A program made the position numbers and the translations under genes. Under the pieces are notes generated by a model. That model made no database searches. It was not told the origin of the DNA and was given only the letters and a program-made list of their open reading frames with translations. Below are positions 50,076 through 60,185 of a DNA stretch of 64,000 nucleotides, piece after piece. The stretch is from Candidatus Latescibacterota bacterium. GTDB taxonomy: Bacteria; Latescibacterota; UBA2968; GCA-2709665. The stretch covers positions 3,392,001 through 3,456,000 of the forward strand of contig OZ244744.1 of NCBI GenBank assembly GCA_965219455.1, in the 5' to 3' direction. Numbering within the stretch: position 1 is the first letter of the stretch; every line of letters begins with the position of its first letter.

Positions 50076-50121
50076 TTTCTGGGATAGGTGCAGTTCAGGG
50101 CTTCTGCACCTATCCCAGAAA
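50076..50121 (+). terminator. 18-bp perfect stem-loop after precursor genes (attenuator/mRNA stabiliser)
   Basis: TTTCTGGGATAGGTGCAG-N10-CTGCACCTATCCCAGAAA. Confidence 0.7.
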
Positions 50122-50152
50122 AGGTCGATTGACACAAGAGTGGAGGTTTTGG

Positions 50153-50953
50153 ATGAAGGACGCCCTACTCGGGGGAACGTGGAGACGTTTTTTTCTCACG
50201 GCCTTTTTGTATGCGTGTTTGTCCGTTGCGCCGGCCGTTCTATTTGTTAAGTATGTCCTTAATCTGGACAATTCTATACTGTTAGCTGTTTTCGTTGGTC
50301 AGGCATTTTCGTTTATAATCCTGCGAAGAACGCTCTCTGCGTCTGCTGAGCGAATGCTGCGCGCAGTCTGCGGGCTGATTAAGTCGAGTCCCGAAGAAAT
50401 AAAAGGCGTCGAAGACCGAAAATCCGGTCAAGTAGCTATTGACAAAGATGAAGTGTACCAATTGTCCGCATTGATGTTCTGGCTCTCCGCGATGATTGTC
50501 GTGATCGTCAGATTCTCGCTTTCGTGGGAAGTCGATTTACGTCTATCGTTCGGGGGTTTGTTTAAATTCGCAGGATACCTCATCGTTGTTTATGTTTTTC
50601 ACGAAGCACTTCACGGTATTGCCGCGATAGCCTGGGCAAAGATTCCATTTCAATCACTGCACTTTGGTATCAACAGGCGATTGATGGCCCTGTACTGTCA
50701 TGCCGACAGACCGATGACGGTAAGCGCTTACCGGGCATTCGTGCTCTTGCCCATAATTGTGACAACACCGGCTGCGGCCCTGGTATTGTGGTTGGACCCT
50801 GCGATCTGGTCGCTCTTGCTCTTCAGTGGGACAGTTGCCGGGTGCGCCGGAGATGTCATGGTTTATTTCCAAGTCCGCCGACTTGACAATGACAGATGGG
50901 TAAAGGATCACCCGTCGGATATCGGCTTTCGCATTTTGCCTGAAGGGGAATAA
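50153..50953 (+). CDS. DUF3267-like membrane zincin metallopeptidase (candidate immunity/processing)
   Basis: GGAGG RBS; TM segments; HEALHG (HExxH), YCH, LLP, G..GD, DHP...GF. Confidence 0.8.
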   Translation: MKDALLGGTWRRFFLTAFLYACLSVAPAVLFVKYVLNLDNSILLAVFVGQAFSFIILRRTLSASAERMLRAVCGLIKSSPEEIKGVEDRKSGQVAIDKDEVYQLSALMFWLSAMIVVIVRFSLSWEVDLRLSFGGLFKFAGYLIVVYVFHEALHGIAAIAWAKIPFQSLHFGINRRLMALYCHADRPMTVSAYRAFVLLPIIVTTPAAALVLWLDPAIWSLLLFSGTVAGCAGDVMVYFQVRRLDNDRWVKDHPSDIGFRILPEGE

Positions 50954-51033
50954 CGATAACCTGAGGCGACGAATCCCGAATACGAAAACCGCACGACCCC
51001 ATTTCTCTATCCACCACATATGAAGGTATCTCA

Positions 51034-51876
51034 ATGACGTATCCGAATCTGAAGCAGGCCATTTGGTTGTTGGTTTTATTTGCACTCATTCAAGTCATTC
51101 TGGTCGTGCTTGCGGCCGCTGCAGGCCGGTGGCTGTTCGAGAGTGAATTCTTGTCGGTCATTCTGTTAGTTGTGAGTTTCATTGTCATTCTGCTTTATGT
51201 GCACTACCGCGCAGATCTGACGTGGGAGGATATATCCCGGAGTTTCAACGTGGATTTTGATTGGCGGGTTTGGCCCTGCGTCACAATATCCATTGTCGGT
51301 ATGGCGATGGTTCTTTTCGAATTGGACAAAGCCTTGGTCCGTATAATGCCTATGCCAGAGTGGGTACAGGATACCCTTCATTCGGCGTTCGGGCGCGAAA
51401 CATCTTTCTCGTCTGCCTTACTCTATGCAGTTATTGTCGGACCTTTGGTCGAAGAGGTGCTTCATAGAAGGATAATATTGAGTGGTCTTCTGGCAAACTA
51501 TAACGCGATTAATGCGTTTGTCTGGTCAGCAGTTCTGTTTGGCGTGTTTCATCTGATTCCGTGGCAAATCCCCGGCGCGTTCCTCGGGGGATTGTTACTT
51601 GCCTGGTGGGTTATCCGAACGGGGTCTTTGTTGCCCGCTCTGTTCGGGCACGTGTTGAACAATATTATCGGCGTTGCATCTCTGCACTTTGAAATTCCAT
51701 ATCTGGCGGTTTCGGATGACCTTAATGTTGTGGTTTTCAATCCTTGGTGGTGGATTGTTTCCGGGGCGGCGTTGGCCGCTCTCGGACTATGGTGGTTTTC
51801 ACGGGTTTCGAAACCCGTTCAGCCCGGTTCCCACGACCATGTTCTTCCTGCAAATGCCGAGACAAATACAGGTTAG
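51034..51876 (+). CDS. CPBP (CAAX/Abi) intramembrane protease 1
   Basis: EEVLHR, FGVFH, GSL.P....H..NN motifs. Confidence 0.9.
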   Translation: MTYPNLKQAIWLLVLFALIQVILVVLAAAAGRWLFESEFLSVILLVVSFIVILLYVHYRADLTWEDISRSFNVDFDWRVWPCVTISIVGMAMVLFELDKALVRIMPMPEWVQDTLHSAFGRETSFSSALLYAVIVGPLVEEVLHRRIILSGLLANYNAINAFVWSAVLFGVFHLIPWQIPGAFLGGLLLAWWVIRTGSLLPALFGHVLNNIIGVASLHFEIPYLAVSDDLNVVVFNPWWWIVSGAALAALGLWWFSRVSKPVQPGSHDHVLPANAETNTG

Positions 51877-52170
51877 GGACTGACAGGGCGTTCCTGGTTT
51901 CGTTAGTACCCACATCGGCTACTGGGCGCTCTCCGGGGACGCAATCGGTCGTTGTTACACATATTATATATAATATATCCTGGAGAGAATGGGTCGACTT
52001 CAAATCTCCGCAAATTAAAATTGAGAGCCGCGTGCAGGATCTCTCGTCAGCGACGGCAAGTCCCGGGTATCCAGCCGGAAGTCTAGTCCGCAACCAACGA
52101 GCCGCGTCCCACCGGACATCGGTATACATCCGGACGTTCGAATAGTTCTGCCATTTACGGGAAGGAAACA

Positions 52171-55100
52171 ATGGACGTCTTGTCCCTCTTTTCCCAACAT
52201 GAGATTCAGTCAGAATCCGTCCGGTTTCCCTTCGGGGCGGTCATCTTTGATCAAGGCGGAACTGGCGCCGCATTTTACGTCGTTCAATCCGGTCGGTTGC
52301 GGGTCATCAAACAGGCTGCGGACGCCCGTTCGGAGACGCTGGGATATTTGTACGCCGGCGATCATTTTGGCGAAGGGGCGCTGTTGACGGGGCGCGGGCA
52401 TCGGGCAACGGTGCGAGCGGTTGAGGATTCCCTGGTGTTGCGGGTACCGCGGGATGAATTCTTCAGGGTGTTGAAGAAAGAACCGGAAATCGAAGCCCAT
52501 CTTCAGGACCAGGTTGCGGATATCGCATACCGGGATTTCACCCGGTATCTAAAGGGTAATGTCCAAGGTGAGGCGATCCGGGAACTGTTCCGGCGATTGA
52601 CGCGCGAAGAGGTCGCGGAGGGAACGACAGTTTCGGAACCCGGTCGTTCGCGCGGGCGGTTCTGCCTGGTGGGCATCGGCGGGTTGGAAGTGATCTCAGA
52701 GGATGGCAGTGCGCTGAATTTAGTCGCGGGCGATTTTTTCGAGGATACGGATTCTTCAGATGGCGAGCAACGGACGATCCGCAGCCAGCAAGATTGCGTT
52801 ATCTATTATTTGGATAAACACGAACTCGATAGCCTCAACTATGCAATTCCTGAATTAGCGTCCTTACCGGAGATAGCCCGGCGATTACACCTGGATCAGG
52901 GAACGGACGGGTCGCTGTCTCCCGAGCCGCAACCGGGGGGATTTCGTGTGCCGGCGGGAGGGACGGACGGGAACAACGACGCGGAGATGAATGGACCGGC
53001 ATCCAGTACCGGGGATAGCGATACGGATGGGGGTGGACAAGGCGCGCCCACGTCGTTTCGTTTTCCATTCCTGAAGCAGCACGACCAGTCCGATTGCGGC
53101 GCCGCGTGTCTGGGGATGATCTGCAAGTACTACAAGTTGCCGTTGGGGTTGAACAGGTTGCGCGATATGTGCAACGTGTCGAAGGACGGCACGTCGATGG
53201 CGGCAGTGGCCGAGGCGGCGGAGACGCTGGGGTTTGTTACGCGGGGCGTGCGTACGGGCTATGAAGAGCTGATGCGGACCGGACTGCCGGCGATTCTGCA
53301 CTGGGAGGGCAACCATTTCGTGGTGTTGTATGAGATCACCAAAAAGGATGTGAAAATCGCGGATCCCGGTTTGGGCCTTCGCAGGTTGAAGCGACCGGAA
53401 TTCGAGAAAAGCTGGACCAACATGGCGTTGCTGCTGGAGTACACGGATCAGGTGGCCGAGAATGAACCCTCCAGGTCCTCCTTCAAACGTTTCTTGCCAT
53501 TGATAAGGCCCTATACGGCAATTCTGATCGAGGTGCTGCTGGCGTCCCTCGTGCTCAGTTTATTGGGCCTTGCCTCGCCTATTTTCACACAGACAATCGT
53601 CGACCAGGTGCTGGTTCATCACGATAAGGATCTCCTGAACCTGATGCTGGCGGGCATGGTGGTCGTGGCACTGTTTCAAATGGGTACCTCGACGTTGCGC
53701 GCGTATTTAATAGGGTATATGAGCGCCCGGTTGAGTCTGACCATGCTGTCCCGCTTCTACCGGCATCTGCTGGGCCTGTCCATGCGGTTTTTTGCGCTTC
53801 GCCGCACCGGCGATCTGACCACGCGGTTCAAGGAAAATGCCACGATTCAGCGTCTCTTTACCGACACGACCATCTCGGCGATACTCGACTTTATCATGTT
53901 GTTCGTCTATCTGGGGCTGATGTTCTACTACAACTGGGAATTGACGCTCGTGATGTTGATATTCGTGCCGCTGTCCGTGGGTTTGACGCTGATCTATACC
54001 CCGATTCTGAAGTCCTTCAGCCAGCGCGCATTTCTTGCCCGCGCGGAACAGTCGTCCGTCCTGATCGACTCGCTGCATGGCATTGACGTGGTGAAAGCCG
54101 AAGCCGTCGAGCGGGTTACGAGATGGCAGTGGGAGGGCAAGTTTACGAGGGAAGTTCAGATCGGGTTTCGACGACTGAAAATGGAGATGCTGTTCGGCGC
54201 GGGCGGAAGTATGATTAATCTCTTGAGTTCCACGGTGATATTGTGGTATGGCGCCTCCCTGGTTATCGACGGGGAGTTGTCGGTGGGCCAGTTGATGGCT
54301 TTCAACGCCCTCATCGGCAATGTAATGGGACCCATTATGGGACTGATCGGCGTGTGGCCGGAGGTCCAGGAAGCCCGGGTCGCGTTGGACAGGCTGAATG
54401 ACGTCTACGAATCGAAGATGGAGGATGCGCGCCAACGCGGACACGGCCTGAGACTGAAGCGGGTCGAGGGCCGCCTGGTGTTTGAAGGTGTGTTTTTCAG
54501 GTACGGCGTCGGTTCCGACGAGCCCTACGTGTTGAACAACATCGAGCTGGAACTGGAACCGGGTCGAAAGGTCGCCATTGTCGGCCGTAGCGGCGCGGGA
54601 AAGACCACGCTCGTAAAGCTGGTGCCCCGTCTGTTCGATCCCTCGGAAGGGCGTGTGCTCGTGGACGGGATGGATGTGCGCGATTTCGACCCTCACTGGC
54701 TGCGCCGCCAGGTGGGCATGGTTATGCAGGACTCGTTTCTGTTCAGCGGCACCATTGCGGAGAACATCGCGGTCGGAGAATCTGACGCGGATATGGACCG
54801 TCTCCTGGAAGTTGCAAGATTGGCCTGCGTCCAGGATTTCGTAAACGATATGCCTTTGGGATACGAGACCAAGGTGGGCGAACAGGGAATTGGATTGTCC
54901 GGCGGGCAGCGGCAACGGATCGCGATCGCCCGGGCGCTGTATCGCGATCCGAAGATACTGATTTTCGACGAGGCGACAAATGCGCTTGATACGGACTCGG
55001 AAGGTGCGATTCAGTCCAATCTGGAGCTATTCCTTGAGAATCGTACGGCTCTCGTCATCGCCCATCGGTTGAGCACCGTGAGGGATGCCGACACGATTGT

Positions 55101-55206
55101 TGTACTGGAAAAGGGCCATATCGTCGACATGGGCACGCACGAAGAACTGATGGTTCGTCGCGGTCTCTACTATCACATGTGCAGCCAGCAGTTGCAGGTG
55201 GTCTGA
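52171..55206 (+). CDS. Peptidase-containing ABC transporter with N-terminal cNMP-binding domains (cNMP-C39-TM-ATPase)
   Basis: GDHFGEGALL....RATVRA cNMP cassette plus second degenerate copy; C39 QHDQSDCGAACL, HW.GNHFVV, DP; GRSGAGKTT, LSGGQRQR, FDEAT..LD, IAHRLST. Confidence 0.95.
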   Translation: MDVLSLFSQHEIQSESVRFPFGAVIFDQGGTGAAFYVVQSGRLRVIKQAADARSETLGYLYAGDHFGEGALLTGRGHRATVRAVEDSLVLRVPRDEFFRVLKKEPEIEAHLQDQVADIAYRDFTRYLKGNVQGEAIRELFRRLTREEVAEGTTVSEPGRSRGRFCLVGIGGLEVISEDGSALNLVAGDFFEDTDSSDGEQRTIRSQQDCVIYYLDKHELDSLNYAIPELASLPEIARRLHLDQGTDGSLSPEPQPGGFRVPAGGTDGNNDAEMNGPASSTGDSDTDGGGQGAPTSFRFPFLKQHDQSDCGAACLGMICKYYKLPLGLNRLRDMCNVSKDGTSMAAVAEAAETLGFVTRGVRTGYEELMRTGLPAILHWEGNHFVVLYEITKKDVKIADPGLGLRRLKRPEFEKSWTNMALLLEYTDQVAENEPSRSSFKRFLPLIRPYTAILIEVLLASLVLSLLGLASPIFTQTIVDQVLVHHDKDLLNLMLAGMVVVALFQMGTSTLRAYLIGYMSARLSLTMLSRFYRHLLGLSMRFFALRRTGDLTTRFKENATIQRLFTDTTISAILDFIMLFVYLGLMFYYNWELTLVMLIFVPLSVGLTLIYTPILKSFSQRAFLARAEQSSVLIDSLHGIDVVKAEAVERVTRWQWEGKFTREVQIGFRRLKMEMLFGAGGSMINLLSSTVILWYGASLVIDGELSVGQLMAFNALIGNVMGPIMGLIGVWPEVQEARVALDRLNDVYESKMEDARQRGHGLRLKRVEGRLVFEGVFFRYGVGSDEPYVLNNIELELEPGRKVAIVGRSGAGKTTLVKLVPRLFDPSEGRVLVDGMDVRDFDPHWLRRQVGMVMQDSFLFSGTIAENIAVGESDADMDRLLEVARLACVQDFVNDMPLGYETKVGEQGIGLSGGQRQRIAIARALYRDPKILIFDEATNALDTDSEGAIQSNLELFLENRTALVIAHRLSTVRDADTIVVLEKGHIVDMGTHEELMVRRGLYYHMCSQQLQVV

Positions 55207-55233
55207 ACCTCCGGCAGACCAGGAGCCGATCTG

Positions 55234-56634
55234 ATGGCGGAACCCGGACTAACAAAGCCGTCGGCAGCAGCGACGCCGGTCATTCTCCCGGGACGGTACG
55301 ACGGTACGGAAGAGATGCAGGCGTTCGTGGGGTCTCTGAGGCCGTTCTGGGGTCGAGCGTTGCTCTATCTCGTTCTGCTCTTTGTAGGAATCGCGGTGGC
55401 TTGGGCGTGGTGGGGCAAGGTGGACGTGGTGGCATCGGCGCCCTTCCGATTGGTGCCTCTGGGCAAGGTGAAGACGCTTCAGGCCCGTCGAGGCGGAGAA
55501 ATCGAGCATATCGGCGTCAGCGAAGGCGATCGGATCGAAGAAGGCCAATTGCTGTTCAAACTGAAGTCATGGGAAACCTGGGGAGACCTTCGAGAACTGG
55601 AACAGGCGGAAATGGCGTTTCAAAAGGCCGAGTACGATCTTCAACGGGTATTGCCCCAGAGGACGGAATTGAACCGGAAAACCATCGCGTCAATGGAAAA
55701 AAGACTGTCTGTTCTGGAGCGGTTCATGGTGGCCCATCAGAACGCCTTGCAGGATTACCACGCGGACGTGGGTGACGACGCGGTCGCGGGAAGGAGCGCT
55801 TCGGACGCTGAGTTGCAGGCACAAATCGGCTTTCGCCAGGCTGAGATCGACCATTTGAAACAGGATTACCTGCAGCAGAAATTGCTGTTTGAGCGCAAGC
55901 TGATCAGCCGCGTGGAAATTAACCGCGCGCGCGTTCGGTACCTCAGCGCCCTGGCGGCGCTTCCGGGACGCATGTCGGAAATCTACAAGAACGAAACGGC
56001 TGTCCAGGATCTCCAACGGCAGATTCTCGAGGCTCGCATCGCCCACGGGCGTGAGGCCTCGCAGATGAAACACGCGTATGAAACCGCGCGATTGAGATTG
56101 GAACAGGCGCGTAAACGCGTCGATCGACAGTTGGAAGCCGAATCGGACCTGATTCTGGCGCCGGAGCCGGGCATCGTAACGCAGGTGATGGTGAACACCC
56201 TGGGACAGGTGATCAGCAAGGGTCAGGCGCTGGTTTCGGTGGCGCCGGCCTCTGCTCCCATGGTTGCCGAACTCACGGTATTGAACAGGGACGTGGGCCT
56301 GCTTAAACCCGGACAGATAGTCAAACTGAAATACGACGCGTTTGCATTTCAGGACTTTGGCATCAAACGCGGCTGGCTCAAACAACTCTCCCCCGATGCC
56401 GTCATCGACGAGAGTGTCGGGCCGATCTTCAGGGCCGTTGTTGAATTGGAAAAAACCACCATGGCCGTGAAGGGACAGCAAAAGCCGCTGCTGTTCGGAA
56501 TGAAGGGGACGGCGGAAATCATGACGGACCGCCAATCGGTCTTGCTGATGTTACTCAGTCCTTTGAGAAAGCTGTACGAGTCCGCAACGTACGATGCCGC
56601 GGAAACGTCAATTGCGCGGCAGGGGGATTCGTAA
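55234..56634 (+). CDS. HlyD family secretion membrane-fusion protein
   Basis: Single TM, V.EGD...GQ.L lipoyl half, coiled coil, AP..G.V, D.G....GQ...LK.DAF.FQ.FG, GM.GTAEI. Confidence 0.93.
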   Translation: MAEPGLTKPSAAATPVILPGRYDGTEEMQAFVGSLRPFWGRALLYLVLLFVGIAVAWAWWGKVDVVASAPFRLVPLGKVKTLQARRGGEIEHIGVSEGDRIEEGQLLFKLKSWETWGDLRELEQAEMAFQKAEYDLQRVLPQRTELNRKTIASMEKRLSVLERFMVAHQNALQDYHADVGDDAVAGRSASDAELQAQIGFRQAEIDHLKQDYLQQKLLFERKLISRVEINRARVRYLSALAALPGRMSEIYKNETAVQDLQRQILEARIAHGREASQMKHAYETARLRLEQARKRVDRQLEAESDLILAPEPGIVTQVMVNTLGQVISKGQALVSVAPASAPMVAELTVLNRDVGLLKPGQIVKLKYDAFAFQDFGIKRGWLKQLSPDAVIDESVGPIFRAVVELEKTTMAVKGQQKPLLFGMKGTAEIMTDRQSVLLMLLSPLRKLYESATYDAAETSIARQGDS

Positions 56635-57449
56635 TGCGGCGTCCGGCGGAAGACGAAACCGTAGCCTCGGCCCTTGAAATAACGCTGGTTCAGGTCAATG
56701 GCATCGATGTGTCGCTGAATCAGGTCGCATGTCAGCTGGGCGTTGCCGACAAACTCGATTTTTTCGGTGAATTCGCACGCAGGGAACTGGTCCGGCAGCT
56801 TGCCGTCCGGGAAGGTATTCACACGACGTCCGAAGACATCCAGCGCGACGTGGACGATTGGCGTTACCGACATCGCCTGGAAAGGGTGGAAGACACGGAA
56901 GCCTGGCTGGTATCGCGAGGCATTACTCTCGGAGACGTTGCGGCGGAAGCCGAAGACAGGCTGTTGGAGCGCCTGCTGTGTGAAAAAATAGCGGAAGGAG
57001 AAATCGAACGCTATTTCGCGCAAAACACGCTGGATTTCGACGAGGCGGAGGTCTGCTGGGTCTTCCACCCGGACAGAGGTACCATCGAGGAGATTGCGCT
57101 TCAGACGCGGGAAGACGGCACCGATTTTTGCGCGATGGCCCGCGGATTTTCGCAAGATGAGCGGACGCGCCCGGCAGGCGGGTTTATGGGGCGCGTGCGG
57201 CGCAAGCTGTTGCCGAAGGGAATCGCGGCGCGGGTTTTCGCCGCCTCGCCGGGGGAAATCTTCGGACCCGAAAAGGCGTCGGGCGGGTTCGCGCTGTTTA
57301 TGCTTCAGCAGAACCATCCTGCAACGCTTGACGACCGCGTCACAGGCGAGATTCGCGACACATTGTTCAACCAGTGGCTTCAAAGGGAGTTGCAACGGGC
57401 GGACATACGCTATCCGATCTGGGAGGCCGGGAAGCAGGAGCGGCAATAA
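56634..57449 (+). CDS. PpiC-type peptidyl-prolyl isomerase (peptide-export associated)
   Basis: SurA-like N-terminal helices; F...AR.FS.D......GG.MG, F....GEI.GP; TAATG overlap with hlyD. Confidence 0.85.
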   Translation: MRRPAEDETVASALEITLVQVNGIDVSLNQVACQLGVADKLDFFGEFARRELVRQLAVREGIHTTSEDIQRDVDDWRYRHRLERVEDTEAWLVSRGITLGDVAAEAEDRLLERLLCEKIAEGEIERYFAQNTLDFDEAEVCWVFHPDRGTIEEIALQTREDGTDFCAMARGFSQDERTRPAGGFMGRVRRKLLPKGIAARVFAASPGEIFGPEKASGGFALFMLQQNHPATLDDRVTGEIRDTLFNQWLQRELQRADIRYPIWEAGKQERQ

Positions 57450-58066
57450 ATGCCCGGCAGAGGCCGGTGACTGCGTGCTTCACCGATGGCAGCAAAATAG
57501 ACCTCGAGGTATACCTTCGGTTTACCGGTGGTTGGGCTCAATCATAGCGAACCGTCAACGCAGCGGCTGGCTTCAGGTAAGCATACGCCCTCGCTGCTGA
57601 CTGATCGCCTTTATCATACTTAATCTGAATTAGCACTTGTCATTCTCATTCGCGGAAACTATATTTCGGTTGTCACCACTCAGGCAGTACCCGTATGTCG
57701 GGTAGCCTACCGAATACAATAGCCGACTTTCAGGGGCAAGGGTAGCTCCCATGTCCCCGGCGAATACGTAGGACCTTCCCGCATCCTCAAAGCTGCGTGA
57801 GTGGTGACACTGCCCGGCACCCTTTAATCGGGGTGCCGCCGGAAAGTTCATCACTGAATGGCGAGGGGATGGAGCGGGATTTTTTTGTGCCCTTTTCGGC
57901 ACGTACGGTCAACCGATGCGGCGGCGCGGTCTATAATATCACGTGTGCGGTCAGCAGTTGCAGGTGGTGTGTACACATAATTAAGAAACGGTACTCAGAC
58001 TGAGCCGCGTCCCCACTGGTTTGCGGTCGTTGGATGTGCTGACATCTGTCAAATGGGAGGAAATAC

Positions 58067-58894
58067 ATGGCGTATCCGAACCTGAAGCAATCCGTGTGGC
58101 TCCTGATATTGTGTTTCCTGATCAGCGTGGTACTGGGGGTGCCGATCGCAATCCTGGGTCTCATCTTCGACCGGTCTTTACATCACAGCCCACACGAAAT
58201 CCAGCTCTTGACATTGGCCGGTTTCGTTTTGACGGTAATCTACGCAAAGCGTAGAGCAGATCGGACCTGGCGCGAGATCCTGCTTTTTGAGCGGGTTTCG
58301 TGGCAATTCTACATGCCGCTCGGCGTGTCCATTGTTGGACTGGCAATCGTTGGCTCGGACCTGGGAAACCTGTTGCGGCACCTGATACCGGTGCCCGAAA
58401 TAATGCTCAACGTATTCGGGGATCTGGCAGGGAAGGAGAAGTCCTACCCGTTCACATTTTATGTCATGGTGGTTCAGGCGCCATTGATTAAGGAAGTCCT
58501 CTTCAGAAGCGTTATACTGGGTGGCTTGTTGGCCCACCGAACGCGGAATCAGGCCATTGTCTGGTCGGCGTTGCTGTTCGCTGTATTTCATATGAACCCA
58601 TGGCAATTTCCCACGGCCTTGATATTGGGACTCGTATTCGCATGGTGGGTCGTCCAAACTGGCTCTCTGCTGCCCGCGATCGTGGGACACGCGCTGAACA
58701 ATTTTCTGATAGTGACGGTTGCGCATCTGGAAATTTTCGGTCCCATGGATAATGTCAATGCCGTGATGTTGCTTCCCGGGTGGCTGCACGTATGTGGCGT
58801 TATCCTGGCTCTGATCGGATTGTGGTGGTTCAATGAGATGGCAAAAAGCAAAGGCGAGCAGGTCGAAACGCTAGCAGACCGGGAGCATGTCTGA
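58067..58894 (+). CDS. CPBP intramembrane protease 2 (first catalytic Glu replaced: KEVLFR)
   Basis: MAYPNLKQS N-terminus shared with paralogues; FAVFH, GSLLP....HALNN. Confidence 0.88.
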   Translation: MAYPNLKQSVWLLILCFLISVVLGVPIAILGLIFDRSLHHSPHEIQLLTLAGFVLTVIYAKRRADRTWREILLFERVSWQFYMPLGVSIVGLAIVGSDLGNLLRHLIPVPEIMLNVFGDLAGKEKSYPFTFYVMVVQAPLIKEVLFRSVILGGLLAHRTRNQAIVWSALLFAVFHMNPWQFPTALILGLVFAWWVVQTGSLLPAIVGHALNNFLIVTVAHLEIFGPMDNVNAVMLLPGWLHVCGVILALIGLWWFNEMAKSKGEQVETLADREHV

Positions 58895-58978
58895 TGGCGG
58901 AACCCCTCAAACGACCCTCGCCGGGGATCCGGATCGATTGATGTACGGACAGCTGATCGTTTAAATGGGAGGCCATAC

Positions 58979-59834
58979 ATGGCGTATCCGAATCTGAAGC
59001 AATCCGTCCTGTTGGTGGTCCTGTTGTACCTGATTATGTTAGGACTGTTTTTGCCCCTTGTCCTCCTGAGCGGGATTCTTGACCAGGATTTGATCTCGAA
59101 TCCCTATGTCAATACCTTCGTGACATTGGTCAGTTTCTTCCTGGTGATTGTGTACGCCCGGCGGCGGACCGACCGGACCTGGCCCGATATCCTGCTATTC
59201 AGAACGGTACCCTGGGGATTGTACCTGCCCCTTGCGGTTTCTATTGTTGGACTGTCGATCGCAATCTCCATCGTGGAAGACGGGGTACATTACCTGATTC
59301 CGATGCCCGAAATGATAGTCAAGATATTTCGAGATCTGGTGTCGAAAGAAACGCCCTATGCTTACGCTTTTTATAACCTTGCGGTCCAGCCGCCGTTTAC
59401 GGAAGAAGTGCTATTCAGGGGTGTCATTCTGATTGGCTTGCTGGCCCACCAGACCCGGAAACGGGCTATTTTCTGGTCGGCATTCCTGTTCGCTCTATTT
59501 CATTTGAATCCGTGGCAGATTCCCGCCGCCCTTGTATTGGGAATTGTATTTGCCTGGTGGGTCATTCAGACCGGTTCGCTGCTGCCCGCGATTGCGGGCC
59601 ATGCGCTGAATAATTTCCTTTTCCTCAATGGTTGCGCGCTACGAAATATTCGGGCCTTTGGATGATTTCAATAATCTGGCATGCCTTCCGTGGTGGCTGA
59701 ACGTGTGCGGCATCATCCTCGCAGTAGTCGGTTTGTGGTGGTTCAACCAGATGGTAAACCGCGGCAAGACGCAGGTAGAAATGTCGACCAACCATGCGCC
59801 GGTCGAAGCGCCCGCTGATCGGGATCCTGTCTGA
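58979..59834 (+). pseudogene. CPBP intramembrane protease 3, frameshift near 59615-59625
   Basis: EEVLFRG, FALFH, HALNN in 58979..59665; paralogue-matching C-terminus (MVARYEIFGP..LPWWLNVCG..GLWWFNQM) continues in ORF 59628..59834. Confidence 0.85.
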
Positions 59835-60185
59835 TGGTGCAACCCGAATGAGTGGACTCGTCGGGAACACCGTCTCCAATGGCCCTCCCGAAGCGGAAGA
59901 GGACGGAATAGCGATGCGCGTCTGCGCGCCAGGCATCTGGTTCGGCAATGGCGCCCTTCGGCACCCCAACATCGCAATATCGAAGTCAATTAATGTGTTG
60001 CAGTTTGCAACAGGATATGGGTATTATGGAGGGAATCCGGATGTAAATTCGCACACATCGAGGATGTAGATTTCCCGCGGCAGGAAGATCAGGCACAACC
60101 CGACAAGGCGTTTGCCCCATGCGGAGTGGGTTCCCCCTTAGCGCCCCATCGTACCCGCCTGCGCCGGCGAATGAGTGAATCGCCC

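Noticed and set aside
48986-57449. Lanthipeptide, proteusin or other heavily modified RiPP cluster
   Set aside because: No LanM/LanB, YcaO, radical SAM or NHLP/Nif11-length leader is visible; two cores lack Cys.
51034-59834. Abortive-infection (Abi) phage defence genes
   Set aside because: The Abi label of CPBP proteases is a historical misnomer; the context points to peptide immunity or processing.
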